From: an uncultured Gammaproteobacteria bacterium | GTDB lineage: Bacteria > Pseudomonadota > Gammaproteobacteria > Eutrophobiales > Eutrophobiaceae | Length of the DNA stretch: 64,000 nt | Assembly (NCBI GenBank): GCA_943788815.1 | Contig: CALSRS010000003.1 | Location: forward strand, 2,588 to 66,587 | Direction of reading: 5' to 3' | Shown: positions 19,448 to 28,547 of the stretch, piece by piece | How the letters are laid out: each line of letters starts with the position of its first letter | How positions within the stretch are numbered: the first letter of the stretch is position 1 | The notes under the pieces: model-generated | Told to the model about the DNA's origin: nothing | Seen by the model: the letters and a program-made list of their open reading frames with translations, nothing else | Database searches by the model: none | Position numbers and translations under genes: made by a program

Positions 19448-19927
19448 CTATTTGCGTTTCTTCTTTACCGGCGCTTTTTTCGTCGTGCTTTTTTTGGCAA
19501 CGGTCCTGGATTTAACAACACGCTTCGGGCTTGCCTTTTTTTCCGGTTTCGTCGCTGTCTTCGCTGTGGCTGGTGCTACAGTTTTGGATACAGGTGTTGC
19601 TATCCCCGTAGTTAACATGCCCTCGAAAACGGTAAATAATTCATCGCCTGATTCCAACAGTACATCCGTGGTTTGTTCCGACATTTTCACAAATTCTTCA
19701 AAAAATTGATTAGCCAGGTTAGATTCCGGCGAGAACATATCGCTAAAATTATCCGGGCTTGAAAGTAATTTAGTCTGAGCAAGGCTTGTTTTAACACCAA
19801 ATTTGGCAATATCTACCTGTAATTCAGTTAATCTGGTTAGCATACGTGTATTGATGGCGCCAATTTTCTGCGCCGCTTCATAACCGGCAGTACTGACCAT
19901 AAAATTTTCTGGCGATGGGTGGATCAT
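19448..19927 (-). CDS. phasin-family protein with a Lys/Ala/Pro-rich histone-H1-like tail
   Basis: The N-terminal roughly 110 aa are helical and phasin-like. The C-terminal tail is TAKTATKPEKKASPKRVVKSRTVAKKSTTKKAPVKKKRK, as in PhaF-type granule-associated proteins. Confidence 0.5.
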   Translation of the reverse strand: MIHPSPENFMVSTAGYEAAQKIGAINTRMLTRLTELQVDIAKFGVKTSLAQTKLLSSPDNFSDMFSPESNLANQFFEEFVKMSEQTTDVLLESGDELFTVFEGMLTTGIATPVSKTVAPATAKTATKPEKKASPKRVVKSRTVAKKSTTKKAPVKKKRK

Positions 19928-20153
19928 ATTGATTCCTTCAGTAGTAAAGTTAAAATCACGGTAAATATTCTTCTATTGCAATGCAACATATTATAAGGCG
20001 GTTCGGGTGTCAACAATATGTTGATTAATAGATTGTTAACTAATTATGAATACCAATTTTGGTATGGTTTTCGATCAGGTGTGTGACCACCGAGTGGTCT
20101 GCCAGAGTGCTGGTATCACCAAGGTTATCCACCTCGTTGGTGGCTATCTTTCT

Positions 20154-20543
20154 CTCCCACCAATGATAGCCGGCCCATCATCGATCTCTGCCATATCGTG
20201 GTTTACGAGTACTGACAGGGGGAAGAGGTGTTTCAGTTACAGGTGACCGCCCTTGACCTCCGGCTCGACAAAGGACAGATTGAGCTGTTTGGCGAAAGGA
20301 GAACAGCTTATATATTAAACTGGACGATGGGCGATATAAATAAACGTTAAGGTGAGTTTACCCTTACCCGGACCAACCTGATCCATCGATCAGAGATGCC
20401 TAATGTCATCGCCCCCGCATGGAAACCTTACGGTCATCGACAGACCATCGTTCCTACAGTGGCACAAAAGAAGGTAGCTAAACAGGAGCAGCCTGACTGC
20501 GATGATGAGGATTATTGTCCTTATGAATCTATACTTCATTTAA
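20154..20543 (+). pseudogene. decayed duplicate of the 3-prime roughly 390 bp of dinB
   Basis: By eye it aligns base for base with 18721-19105 at roughly three-quarters identity. In-frame stops replace Trp (cactggcag to tactgacag) and Tyr (cgttatggt to cgttaaggt). No upstream polymerase domains are present. Confidence 0.75.
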
Positions 20544-20650
20544 TTTCCTGTCATAGGTAATCTGGGCAGCCCAGGCGGTGACTGGAAATCGTTTGCTGGT
20601 ATTCAGCGGCGTTTGTTTTACACTCTGACTATAAATCACTCACGGAGAAT

Positions 20651-22132
20651 ATGATGATAATATTTGCCAGATTTTTGAATATGATACCTGCCAGCCTTAT
20701 AGCTATCGCGTTGCTATCCTCATCTGTAATGGTTTATGCAGCAGGTTACTCAGCGCCTGACAACGTGTCTATTGAGCAGGCACAAAGGGATATCAGCAAA
20801 TTCATGGGTCGGCCCGATATAGCGTTGAAGGGAGATCTGGGCTGGGTTGAAGATATTATAAGCATACGGTCAGTTGGGATGGACTGGGATATCGGGATGT
20901 CTGTGCATGAACCGGCCGAATCCACCAACATCCCGGTGGGGCCCGATGGCAAAAAGATCGGCCTGTTCTTTCTCCATGGTGGGTCCGGCGATTTCAAATC
21001 TATGCACAAACAGGCCGGGTTGATTGCCGGAAAGCTGGGTTACAAGGTAGTGAGTATGAGTTATCCGGGGCGTCATGCATTTCATACCCCTAGCAGAGAC
21101 TGGCCAGGCCGTAATGTGACAGCCTATGATCATCACAAGTATTCTCTCGAAGTTCGTACCCCTATCTGGTTGCGTGGAGAACACATTACGCCGGACCAGT
21201 ATGATGTGATCAAGGATCACAGCCAGCGCCCGCGTTATGGCATCCGTACGCTCGCCCGCGCTAAACCTGGTACGACTTTCTACTATCGCATGGCCGGCTG
21301 GCCGATGGCCTTTGAGAAGGCGGGCATCACTGCCATGTTGAAGCACTTTCCCGAAGATGAGTACACCATATATGTTCATGGCCATTCTACCGGCGGCCCC
21401 TTCGTTAATATGCTCTCGCAAAGGGTGCCGAACGTCGCTGGCATACTCGCACTCGAGAGTTCTCCATTCGGATATATCTCCCGTGCTCGTTCAGCCTGGG
21501 GTGGCCAGCTGGGAAAAATTGACGGCTTTAGCCAGGTTACCGACGAAGAGGTACGTCTTGAGTCCAGGGTGGACCCATTTGATGAACTCTATCTGCGTAG
21601 TTGGCGTGATAGCGCACGTTACGCTGGCCCGGAATTACTGGGGCAAGAAGGTTCGGCAGCGCTAATGCGTCTACCCATGATTATGGAAGATATTCTGGAT
21701 AACTGGGGTGATGTGCAGAAGCGTGCCTCATTCAAGGCCGAATATATAGTACATCATGGAATTGAGGACTCACTTACCGATGCCGCCATGGTAACTGCAA
21801 AACGGCTGGGGCTTAACAAGGTCGATACCGCTAAACTGGTTGAGCATTACATCGGTTTGTCCCGTGAACTTTCCGGGGCTGGTGTGAAGCCAGTACCACC
21901 TGTCATGTTTCAGATCTCAGCGCATAGCCGGGACCATAGCCGTGACGTATATGAGGAGGTAATTGTGCCCCTGTATAAGGCGATGGAGCCGGCACCCAGA
22001 ACCTCTCTCACGCAGTTTCATGTGGGTACCCATGGATATATGAATGGTGAGGTAGTTGAGGGCTATAATGTTGGCTTCGGACCCGCCGTATTCCAGCAGT
22101 GGCATGATGCCATCATGGGCGGTTGGTTTTAG
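20651..22132 (+). CDS. secreted alpha/beta-fold hydrolase (family unknown)
   Basis: It has an N-terminal signal peptide, a nucleophile-elbow-like HGHSTGG motif and an LHGGSGD oxyanion-like motif. Length is 493 aa. Confidence 0.5.
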   Translation: MMIIFARFLNMIPASLIAIALLSSSVMVYAAGYSAPDNVSIEQAQRDISKFMGRPDIALKGDLGWVEDIISIRSVGMDWDIGMSVHEPAESTNIPVGPDGKKIGLFFLHGGSGDFKSMHKQAGLIAGKLGYKVVSMSYPGRHAFHTPSRDWPGRNVTAYDHHKYSLEVRTPIWLRGEHITPDQYDVIKDHSQRPRYGIRTLARAKPGTTFYYRMAGWPMAFEKAGITAMLKHFPEDEYTIYVHGHSTGGPFVNMLSQRVPNVAGILALESSPFGYISRARSAWGGQLGKIDGFSQVTDEEVRLESRVDPFDELYLRSWRDSARYAGPELLGQEGSAALMRLPMIMEDILDNWGDVQKRASFKAEYIVHHGIEDSLTDAAMVTAKRLGLNKVDTAKLVEHYIGLSRELSGAGVKPVPPVMFQISAHSRDHSRDVYEEVIVPLYKAMEPAPRTSLTQFHVGTHGYMNGEVVEGYNVGFGPAVFQQWHDAIMGGWF

Positions 22133-22327
22133 TTTGACTCAAATTAGGCTGATTCAGATATGAACCCAGGGTGGATTATTCCCCGGCCAGTCTTAATGAT
22201 TACAAAATAAAGGATTTTATTGAATCCTGTCAAGAAATCACGCCTGCCAGGCCCATGGTAATCAGCCAATTTGACATTTGTCGTGTCGCGTTGCAAGACT
22301 CGCATCTGATCTTCACAATACGCTGTT

Positions 22328-23095
22328 ATGGAAACTATTAACGGAAAAATCCGTGTTCATGCGGGATACCATAAGTGCCTGACGAACTATTCCAAAAAGG
22401 TATACATCAGGTTATGTGAACGATCCTGGTCTTCAGCACAAAGCTTCAAACATTTTCATCACAAGCTTGATCTCTTCTATGATGAATGTCAGCAATTTGA
22501 TATTTGTTCTATCAGTGGTAACTATATTGATCTGGATCGTTTCGAAGATATCCGAGTCGTACGTGTGATACGCGACCCTCGAGATCTTATTATTTCAGCT
22601 TATTTCTATCATAAAAGAGCTGCCGAGCCCTGGTGTAAACAGATAAATCCCACTGATTATGATCCGGGTTGGAAGAAGGTAAGAGGGGCTGTCCCCGCTA
22701 ATCTCCCAACAGACTATTCTTTAGCCAAATACTTAAATGAGGTTTCCATGGAGGAAGGTTTGCATGCAGAGATAGAGTTTCGAAATCACCACTATCAAAG
22801 CATGTTGGAGTGGCCGGATAATGATCCGCGGGTAATGCTTTTTAGATACGAGGACATTATTGGTAATGAAGCACGAGTGTATTGGAAAATTCTTTCATTT
22901 TTTGGATTCTCAATACCCACGCGATTCATCGGAAGCCAGCTTGCAGAGCGATTGAGTGCAAAAAATAAGCAGACCATTGTAAATCACATACGCAATCCAA
23001 ATAATGGTCAGTGGCAAAAATACTTTACTCCTGGGCTGATCAAAAGGTTTAATGAGCTCTATGGAGAAGTATTAGATCGCTATGGTTATTCTTGA
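22328..23095 (+). CDS. sulfotransferase-family protein
   Basis: The motifs RDPRDLIISAYFYH and the later RYEDI are typical of PAPS-dependent sulfotransferases. Confidence 0.6.
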   Translation: METINGKIRVHAGYHKCLTNYSKKVYIRLCERSWSSAQSFKHFHHKLDLFYDECQQFDICSISGNYIDLDRFEDIRVVRVIRDPRDLIISAYFYHKRAAEPWCKQINPTDYDPGWKKVRGAVPANLPTDYSLAKYLNEVSMEEGLHAEIEFRNHHYQSMLEWPDNDPRVMLFRYEDIIGNEARVYWKILSFFGFSIPTRFIGSQLAERLSAKNKQTIVNHIRNPNNGQWQKYFTPGLIKRFNELYGEVLDRYGYS

Positions 23096-23119
23096 GATTT
23101 GTTTTAAGGAAAAAGATAA

Positions 23120-23755
23120 CTAAACACGAACAGAGTGAATCAGGTCTTCACCTTGATGACGTGGATTATTCACCTGAGTACTGACCGGCCAGGACTCCAT
23201 TTCTTCTTCGTAAGGGATTAAAAATTTTTCTCCACCATCTGTTAACCATGCCTCATAATTTTGAGGTTGAATGATGACTGGCATACGACTATGAATGTGC
23301 GCCGTCATGGCGCTGGATTCGGTGGTAATGATGGCGCAACTTTCCAATGACCCCTTGGGGTTCTCCCAGCAGTCCCAGATCCCCGCAAAGGAGAACAGTT
23401 CCTGATCCTTGAGTTTAATGAAATAAGGTTGTTTGTGGCTGTCGAGTTTTTTCCATTCGTAATAACCGTTCACCGGAATCAAACAACGATGTTTTTTAAA
23501 GGCATTACGGAAGAAAGGCTTTTGGGTGATACTCTCCGCCCTTGCATTAATGGGTTGGAGTTTAGTGTCTCTCGCCCAATGTGGGACCATACCCCAGTGT
23601 ACATTCGCCAGCTCTCGACTTTTTCCTTGGCGGATGACCGGGATTTGGCTGGAAGGTGTGATGTTATAGCTGGTTTTAAATTCTGCAGCATCATCCAGCC
23701 CGTAGTGTTCCAGGATGCGGCTTTTTTCGTTCCAGAATGCAAAGCGTCCACACAT
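23120..23755 (-). CDS. SOS-response-associated peptidase (SRAP/YedK family, abasic-site sensor)
   Basis: I moved the start to MCGRF, because the catalytic Cys2 must follow the initiator Met. The motifs YNI.P, H.GLVP.WA and MP are present. Confidence 0.85.
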   Translation of the reverse strand: MCGRFAFWNEKSRILEHYGLDDAAEFKTSYNITPSSQIPVIRQGKSRELANVHWGMVPHWARDTKLQPINARAESITQKPFFRNAFKKHRCLIPVNGYYEWKKLDSHKQPYFIKLKDQELFSFAGIWDCWENPKGSLESCAIITTESSAMTAHIHSRMPVIIQPQNYEAWLTDGGEKFLIPYEEEMESWPVSTQVNNPRHQGEDLIHSVRV

Positions 23756-23790
23756 AGAACCATGATACAACGTATAATCTTGATGTCATT

Positions 23791-24288
23791 ATGAACAGAA
23801 TGAACAAAGAAGATAGATATTCATTTAGTGTTGTGTCCGGCGGGCAGACTGGCGTTGACCGCGGGGCCCTGGATGCGGCAATGGCCTTAGGTATTGCCGT
23901 GGCTGGCTGGTGTCCACAGGGAAGGCTTGCCGAGGACGGTCCGATACCTGAAAAATACCCCCTGCAGGAACTCGAAGGTGGTGGTTATCCGGAACGTACG
24001 CTTAAAAACGTGGTCGATAGTGATGGGACTGTCATTATCTATTTTGATGAATTATCCGGCGGTACAAAGCTGACGTATGATTATTGTATTGCCGAATCAA
24101 AGCCCCGTATATTAATCAATGGAGCAAAAAAGGATATGACCAACGCTGTAGCCATGTTGAATCGATTTGTAAGCAGTAACGGCATCAAGGTTTTAAATAT
24201 TGCTGGGCCAAGGGAGAGTAAAGATGACAGGGCCTATGAGTATAGCTATAACGTTATTCAGAAATTTTTAAAATCATCAAAAAGATAA
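23791..24288 (+). CDS. YpsA-like SLOG / putative molybdenum-cofactor-carrier family protein
   Basis: The motif VVSGGQTGVDRGALDAAMALGIAVAGWCPQGRLAEDGPIPEKYPL matches this family by recall. Confidence 0.6.
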   Translation: MNRMNKEDRYSFSVVSGGQTGVDRGALDAAMALGIAVAGWCPQGRLAEDGPIPEKYPLQELEGGGYPERTLKNVVDSDGTVIIYFDELSGGTKLTYDYCIAESKPRILINGAKKDMTNAVAMLNRFVSSNGIKVLNIAGPRESKDDRAYEYSYNVIQKFLKSSKR

Positions 24289-24535
24289 TAGCGGTATAAA
24301 TGTAATTAAGGTTTTAGTATTGATGGGTCTTCTGATGGCGTGTCGTTGTAGCTCCAATGAGTTCAAGCGTCCTGCTTATGATTCGGTATATAACAATTAA
24401 TGTATGCGTGATTTCGGACTGCCCAATTGGGATCCAGAGCATATGGCTGATTACAAATACATTAGAACGGCGAGGGGCACTTTATAAAATTCAGGACATT
24501 AAAACTAATCCTTAGTAAACTTTTGAACTCTATAG

Positions 24536-24787
24536 GTGGGTAAACGAAGAATGATAAAAATGACAATCACTGTAATCATATCGATAAGCATATTGATTAT
24601 GAGAGGGTGCGCATCAGACGGTTTTAAACGTCTTGGTTATGATATTTTATCTAATCATCAGTGTTCGTCAGGGAAAAATTTTTGGTCCCCGGCAATCTAC
24701 CGCGGTCAGTATCAGACCCAGTGTATGGGAGGTACTGCGCTTCCAAATTGCGATATGGCCTCCTACCGTATTATGATAAATATGTAG
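24536..24787 (+). CDS. small Cys-containing lipoprotein (hypothetical)
   Basis: The lipobox-like segment is IMRGCAS. The true start is probably an internal Met (MIKMTIT). A broken paralogue lies just upstream at 24323-24487. Confidence 0.35.
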   Translation: MGKRRMIKMTITVIISISILIMRGCASDGFKRLGYDILSNHQCSSGKNFWSPAIYRGQYQTQCMGGTALPNCDMASYRIMINM

Positions 24788-24848
24788 AAGAAAGAGACAA
24801 GGCCCTGGAAAACATCAGGGACAATAAATAAAAAACTAATACTTATCC

Positions 24849-25958
24849 ATGAGAATTGGTGTACCGAAAGAGATCAAGGACAAGGAAAACCGGGTAGCAC
24901 TTATACCTTCCGGGGTGAGTGAACTGGTGTCACGTGGTCATGAAGTCGTCATAGAGGACCACGCCGGTGAGGGTTCCGGTTTTTCCAATGATGACTATAT
25001 GACCAGTGGCGCCGGTATTGTTTCCACCGCAAAAGCATGGGATCAGGAACTGGTGTTGAAGATAAAAGAACCCCTGCAAGCTGAATATCAATATCTCAAG
25101 GACAATATTCTCTTTACCTACCTGCACCTTGCCGGTGTTGATCCGTCCCTGACTGATGCCTTGCTCAATGCCGGGACTTTAGCTGTGGCATACGAAACTG
25201 TAGAGGATGAAAATGGAAATCTGCCGCTGCTTGCCCCCATGAGCGCCGTGGCGGGAAATATTGCCGCCAATGTCGGTGGTTATTACCTGGCAAAATCAAA
25301 TGGTGGGAAAGGCATGCAACTGGGCCGAGTAATGGGGAAGAGTTATGGTAAGGCCATGGTGATAGGTAATGGTGTCGTCGGACAACATGCTGCCCATGTG
25401 CTGCAGAGTATGGGGGCACGGGTTTTGATGTACTGCCGAGACCAGGAGAGTTTTGACGCCATGTCGTTTGCGGACCCGGCGAGCCTGGAATTTGTCGATT
25501 CCACACCAGAGACTATTGCGGAACATATCGTCAATAGTGACCTTGTTATCGGTGCCGTATTACTAGCTGGGGCAAGGGCGCCCCATGTTGTGACCGAAGA
25601 TATGGTGAAATCCATGCAACCAGGCTCGGTCATCGTGGATGTCAGTATAGATCAGGGTGGTTGTATCGAAACCTCAAGACCCACCAGCCATTCTGCCCCC
25701 GTGTATGTTTTACATGATATTTTCCACTATTGTGTTACCAATATGCCGGGGGCCTACCCCCGTACCTCCACTATTGTGCTAACTAATACCACGCTGCCTT
25801 ACATACTCGAAATTACCGATAATGGTGTCGATATTTTTAAGACAGATCCTGGTATTGGGAAGGGTTTAAATACCTTCAAGGGTAATATTACATATCAGCC
25901 TGTTGCGGAGGCATTAGGGTATTTGAACCGATATAAGACGTTAGCAGAACTGTTTTAG
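24849..25958 (+). CDS. ald: alanine dehydrogenase
   Basis: It shows MRIGVPKEIK.KE.RVAL.P, the NAD-binding motif VIGNGVVG, and DVSIDQGG. Length is 369 aa. Confidence 0.9.
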   Translation: MRIGVPKEIKDKENRVALIPSGVSELVSRGHEVVIEDHAGEGSGFSNDDYMTSGAGIVSTAKAWDQELVLKIKEPLQAEYQYLKDNILFTYLHLAGVDPSLTDALLNAGTLAVAYETVEDENGNLPLLAPMSAVAGNIAANVGGYYLAKSNGGKGMQLGRVMGKSYGKAMVIGNGVVGQHAAHVLQSMGARVLMYCRDQESFDAMSFADPASLEFVDSTPETIAEHIVNSDLVIGAVLLAGARAPHVVTEDMVKSMQPGSVIVDVSIDQGGCIETSRPTSHSAPVYVLHDIFHYCVTNMPGAYPRTSTIVLTNTTLPYILEITDNGVDIFKTDPGIGKGLNTFKGNITYQPVAEALGYLNRYKTLAELF

Positions 25959-26106
25959 TTGTGCAGTCTACTTCAGTATAAATTTAAAAATAATTCTTCC
26001 ATTAATGGATGATTTTTTAATTTCAGACATATTCAGGTTATGGCATGAGTGTTTGTAGATATATAATCCGTATCAGCTTAGTTTTGAAAAAAATTACAAT
26101 CGACAA

Positions 26107-26220
26107 ATGAAATTGATTATGACACTGCTCGTACGAGATGAGGAAGATATATTAGTACGTAATATTGAATATCATTTGAAACGAGGTGTCGATTTTATCA
26201 TTGCAACAACCAGTAATAAT
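26107..26220 (+). pseudogene. N-terminal remnant of a GT2-like glycosyltransferase
   Basis: MKLIMTLLVRDEEDILVRNIEYHLKRGVDFIIAT resembles the start of Glyco_tranf_2_4-type proteins. The similarity stops where the convergent GT4 gene ends (26229). The rest of the track ORF is shadow sequence. Confidence 0.4.
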
Positions 26221-26228
26221 AAATTGCT

Positions 26229-27380
26229 TCATCCTGACCTCATTGTTACCACCGTGTCAATTGTATTTAGCAAGGTTGTTGCGATTAAATTAAAACTCAG
26301 GTTTTTATCAAAATAAGTGCGAATATTTTGAGAGTAATCACTGTATTTCTCTGGCGGGATACTTAATACATTTTGTGCAAGTTCGTTCGAATTACCGATA
26401 TCAAACAGAGTTCTAAACTGATTATTACCCGTTAGGTACTGAAAAGAAGGTATATTCGTTACAACTGGTATGACGCCACACGCCATGGCTTCGCACAGAG
26501 AATTCCCTCCATATTCAGTCACGCTTGCCTGCAGGAAAAAGTCAGCGCTGTTATAAAAATCTTCCATATCAGCAAAGTCAAGTGGGCCACTTAACGAGAC
26601 CGCATCGTTCAATACCGATGATTCATTAAGTTTGTCTGTGATTTCTTCGAGCATTTCATCTGTTTGGTAAACCCAGTAGAGTCTCGCCCCCGGTTTTTTG
26701 GCTAATATTTTTTCAAAACCGTTAAGTAAAGTTAATGGATCTTTTACGGGATGAAGTCTGCAAGTGGTTATACATACAGGGTTGCCAACTAAACCAGTTT
26801 TTATGCGTGCCTCCTTACGGCTTTTTAGTTCAAAAAAACTGGATGTTTCCGGACAAATTGAAATCAATGTTGATGAGTCAATTAAACCTGCATCTTTCCA
26901 AGTTTTGATCCTTTCTGGTGAATTAAAAAGTATTAGAGAGAGCTTTGATAGCGCCTGTTTTTGTAATGCGAGAAATTCATTATTTTTTGCAGGATTACTT
27001 CCATGAAATGAAGCAGTTAAAATTGCCGATGCTGAACTACAGATATCATTAATCGCCAGGATATCAGTAGGTAAAAATCCAAAAATATGAACGACATCCG
27101 GTTGTAATTTCTCAATAACTCTTGACAATGAGTCCCTGTCAATATGTTGTGACATCAGGTTTTCAATGCCACCGTAAAACGGGCTTGAGATAAATGTGCA
27201 CATTTGAAGCGGGCTTATATCATATTCATCTTCAGAGCAGAAACCCTGTACCCAGGTTGTATTAATGGATTTAGACAATAATGCTCTAGTTAACTCCCGC
27301 GGATGAAAATACAGTTTTACCAGATTCTCCAGGGAGTTTAATTTTTTATCGTAAGCTGGGTTTATTAGAGCGATTTTCAA
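26229..27380 (-). CDS. GT4-family (GT-B fold) glycosyltransferase
   Basis: The C-terminal motif is EYGGNSLCEAMACGVIPVVTNIPSF (the E..G....EAMA.G.PVV signature). Length is 383 aa. Confidence 0.75.
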   Translation of the reverse strand: MKIALINPAYDKKLNSLENLVKLYFHPRELTRALLSKSINTTWVQGFCSEDEYDISPLQMCTFISSPFYGGIENLMSQHIDRDSLSRVIEKLQPDVVHIFGFLPTDILAINDICSSASAILTASFHGSNPAKNNEFLALQKQALSKLSLILFNSPERIKTWKDAGLIDSSTLISICPETSSFFELKSRKEARIKTGLVGNPVCITTCRLHPVKDPLTLLNGFEKILAKKPGARLYWVYQTDEMLEEITDKLNESSVLNDAVSLSGPLDFADMEDFYNSADFFLQASVTEYGGNSLCEAMACGVIPVVTNIPSFQYLTGNNQFRTLFDIGNSNELAQNVLSIPPEKYSDYSQNIRTYFDKNLSFNLIATTLLNTIDTVVTMRSG

Positions 27381-27572
27381 TTTGTAATTAGAATAGGTTA
27401 TATATGTTTAAAATCATTTATCTAACTGTATGAGTTTAATGATATGCCATCCCTGCTGCAATATGGGGTCTATTACAGATATTAGTGCTGCACGGTCCAA
27501 CTAATTATCCTGTTCTGACATCGATTTAAAAAAATATGAGTTTTCATGATTCATTGCTTGAATGCACAATAC

Positions 27573-28358
27573 TTATAAAGTAATAGAATATTCCTGGATA
27601 GTAGATATACAGCTAGTATATGCACTATTTGCACTGTTAAGTAAGGGTAAAGGAATTTTGATATCAGTATTACCATTTGAATGAAGTATTTTTCCTGCGA
27701 CTATCCGTTCGGATGGATCACCTCGAGATCCAGTATATTTCTGTAATTTATACCTAGTAGTTAGGGGCTTCTTCAAAGCAAGGAATTTCTGGAGGGAGTC
27801 TAAAATTATTGCTGGCACATCTGTTAATTCTTCATACTTTACTAACATAGAATTATTTGGTGAAGATATTTCTTTTGCCAGTAATTCCAGATTTTTGATG
27901 CGTTGTATGTAGTAATTTACAGCTCTCTCAACCGGCCAATTACCATATATGGGTTCAAATGTATTTACTATACTCGAAATTGTCGCAAGAGGTTTTCTTA
28001 ATAGAAATACTCGCTTTAGATTCTGAGTATTTAAGATATCAATATTTGGCGTCATTTTTTCATGATTAATCTGATCAAGAAAAATTTTTCTGTGACTTAT
28101 CAAGATGTTTTGCTGAAGACAAATTTCGGAGATTAGTGAATTTAGATCATTAACGGTATTGTAAACTTTGTTACGTTCACCACCTGCAATGATTTCAGGA
28201 TTGGTTGCCAGAATGTGTAGCAACAAGGTAGAGCCAGATCTCATATGACCCATGATAAAGATAAATCTGTTATGTCTCTGAAAATAATTTACCAGTCTTA
28301 TCAGATTTTCCCGTAATTCCGGAAAGGAATTATCTTTTTGTGTTTGTTTTTTAGTCAT
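27573..28358 (-). CDS. sulfotransferase-family protein
   Basis: The 5-prime-PSB-like loop is IMGHMRSGSTLLLHIL. The motifs RKPL and KYEEL are present. Length is 261 aa. Confidence 0.6.
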   Translation of the reverse strand: MTKKQTQKDNSFPELRENLIRLVNYFQRHNRFIFIMGHMRSGSTLLLHILATNPEIIAGGERNKVYNTVNDLNSLISEICLQQNILISHRKIFLDQINHEKMTPNIDILNTQNLKRVFLLRKPLATISSIVNTFEPIYGNWPVERAVNYYIQRIKNLELLAKEISSPNNSMLVKYEELTDVPAIILDSLQKFLALKKPLTTRYKLQKYTGSRGDPSERIVAGKILHSNGNTDIKIPLPLLNSANSAYTSCISTIQEYSITL

Positions 28359-28547
28359 TTATAAATATTTATGGGAGAGGAAATAGCTATTAAGTATTTC
28401 ATAATTATGATTATATATTAACTTCATAATGACAATTATATAATCATTCAGCGGGATAAAGGCCTGAGATATGAAATTAGCCATAAAGGAAAATAATATT
28501 ATCCCTTATATTTATTGCAATGCTTGCTTTGTTTTTTGTTATATAAG

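Noticed and set aside
19334-19709. Two plus-strand ORFs (93 and 88 aa) overlapping the 3-prime end of the phasin-like gene.
   Set aside because: They are the antisense reading of the Lys/Ala/Pro-rich tail (Phe/Leu-rich low complexity). The minus-strand phasin-like ORF is the coherent one.
5813-25633. Many track ORFs of 60-180 aa lying antisense to or out of frame within large genes. Examples are 5813-6061, 6402-6644, 8080-8337, 9560-9895, 15252-15770, 16413-16907, 16946-17332, 18145-18604, 20870-21421 and 25165-25633.
   Set aside because: They lie entirely inside well-supported CDSs with recognisable family motifs. They are shadow ORFs with atypical composition.
27430-27504. A 24-codon Cys-rich ORF (MSLMICHPCCNMGSITDISAARSN) in the spacer between the GT4 and sulfotransferase genes, considered as a RiPP precursor.
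   Set aside because: It has no Shine-Dalgarno sequence. It lies on the strand opposite to both neighbours and far from the rSAM genes. At this length it could easily arise by chance.
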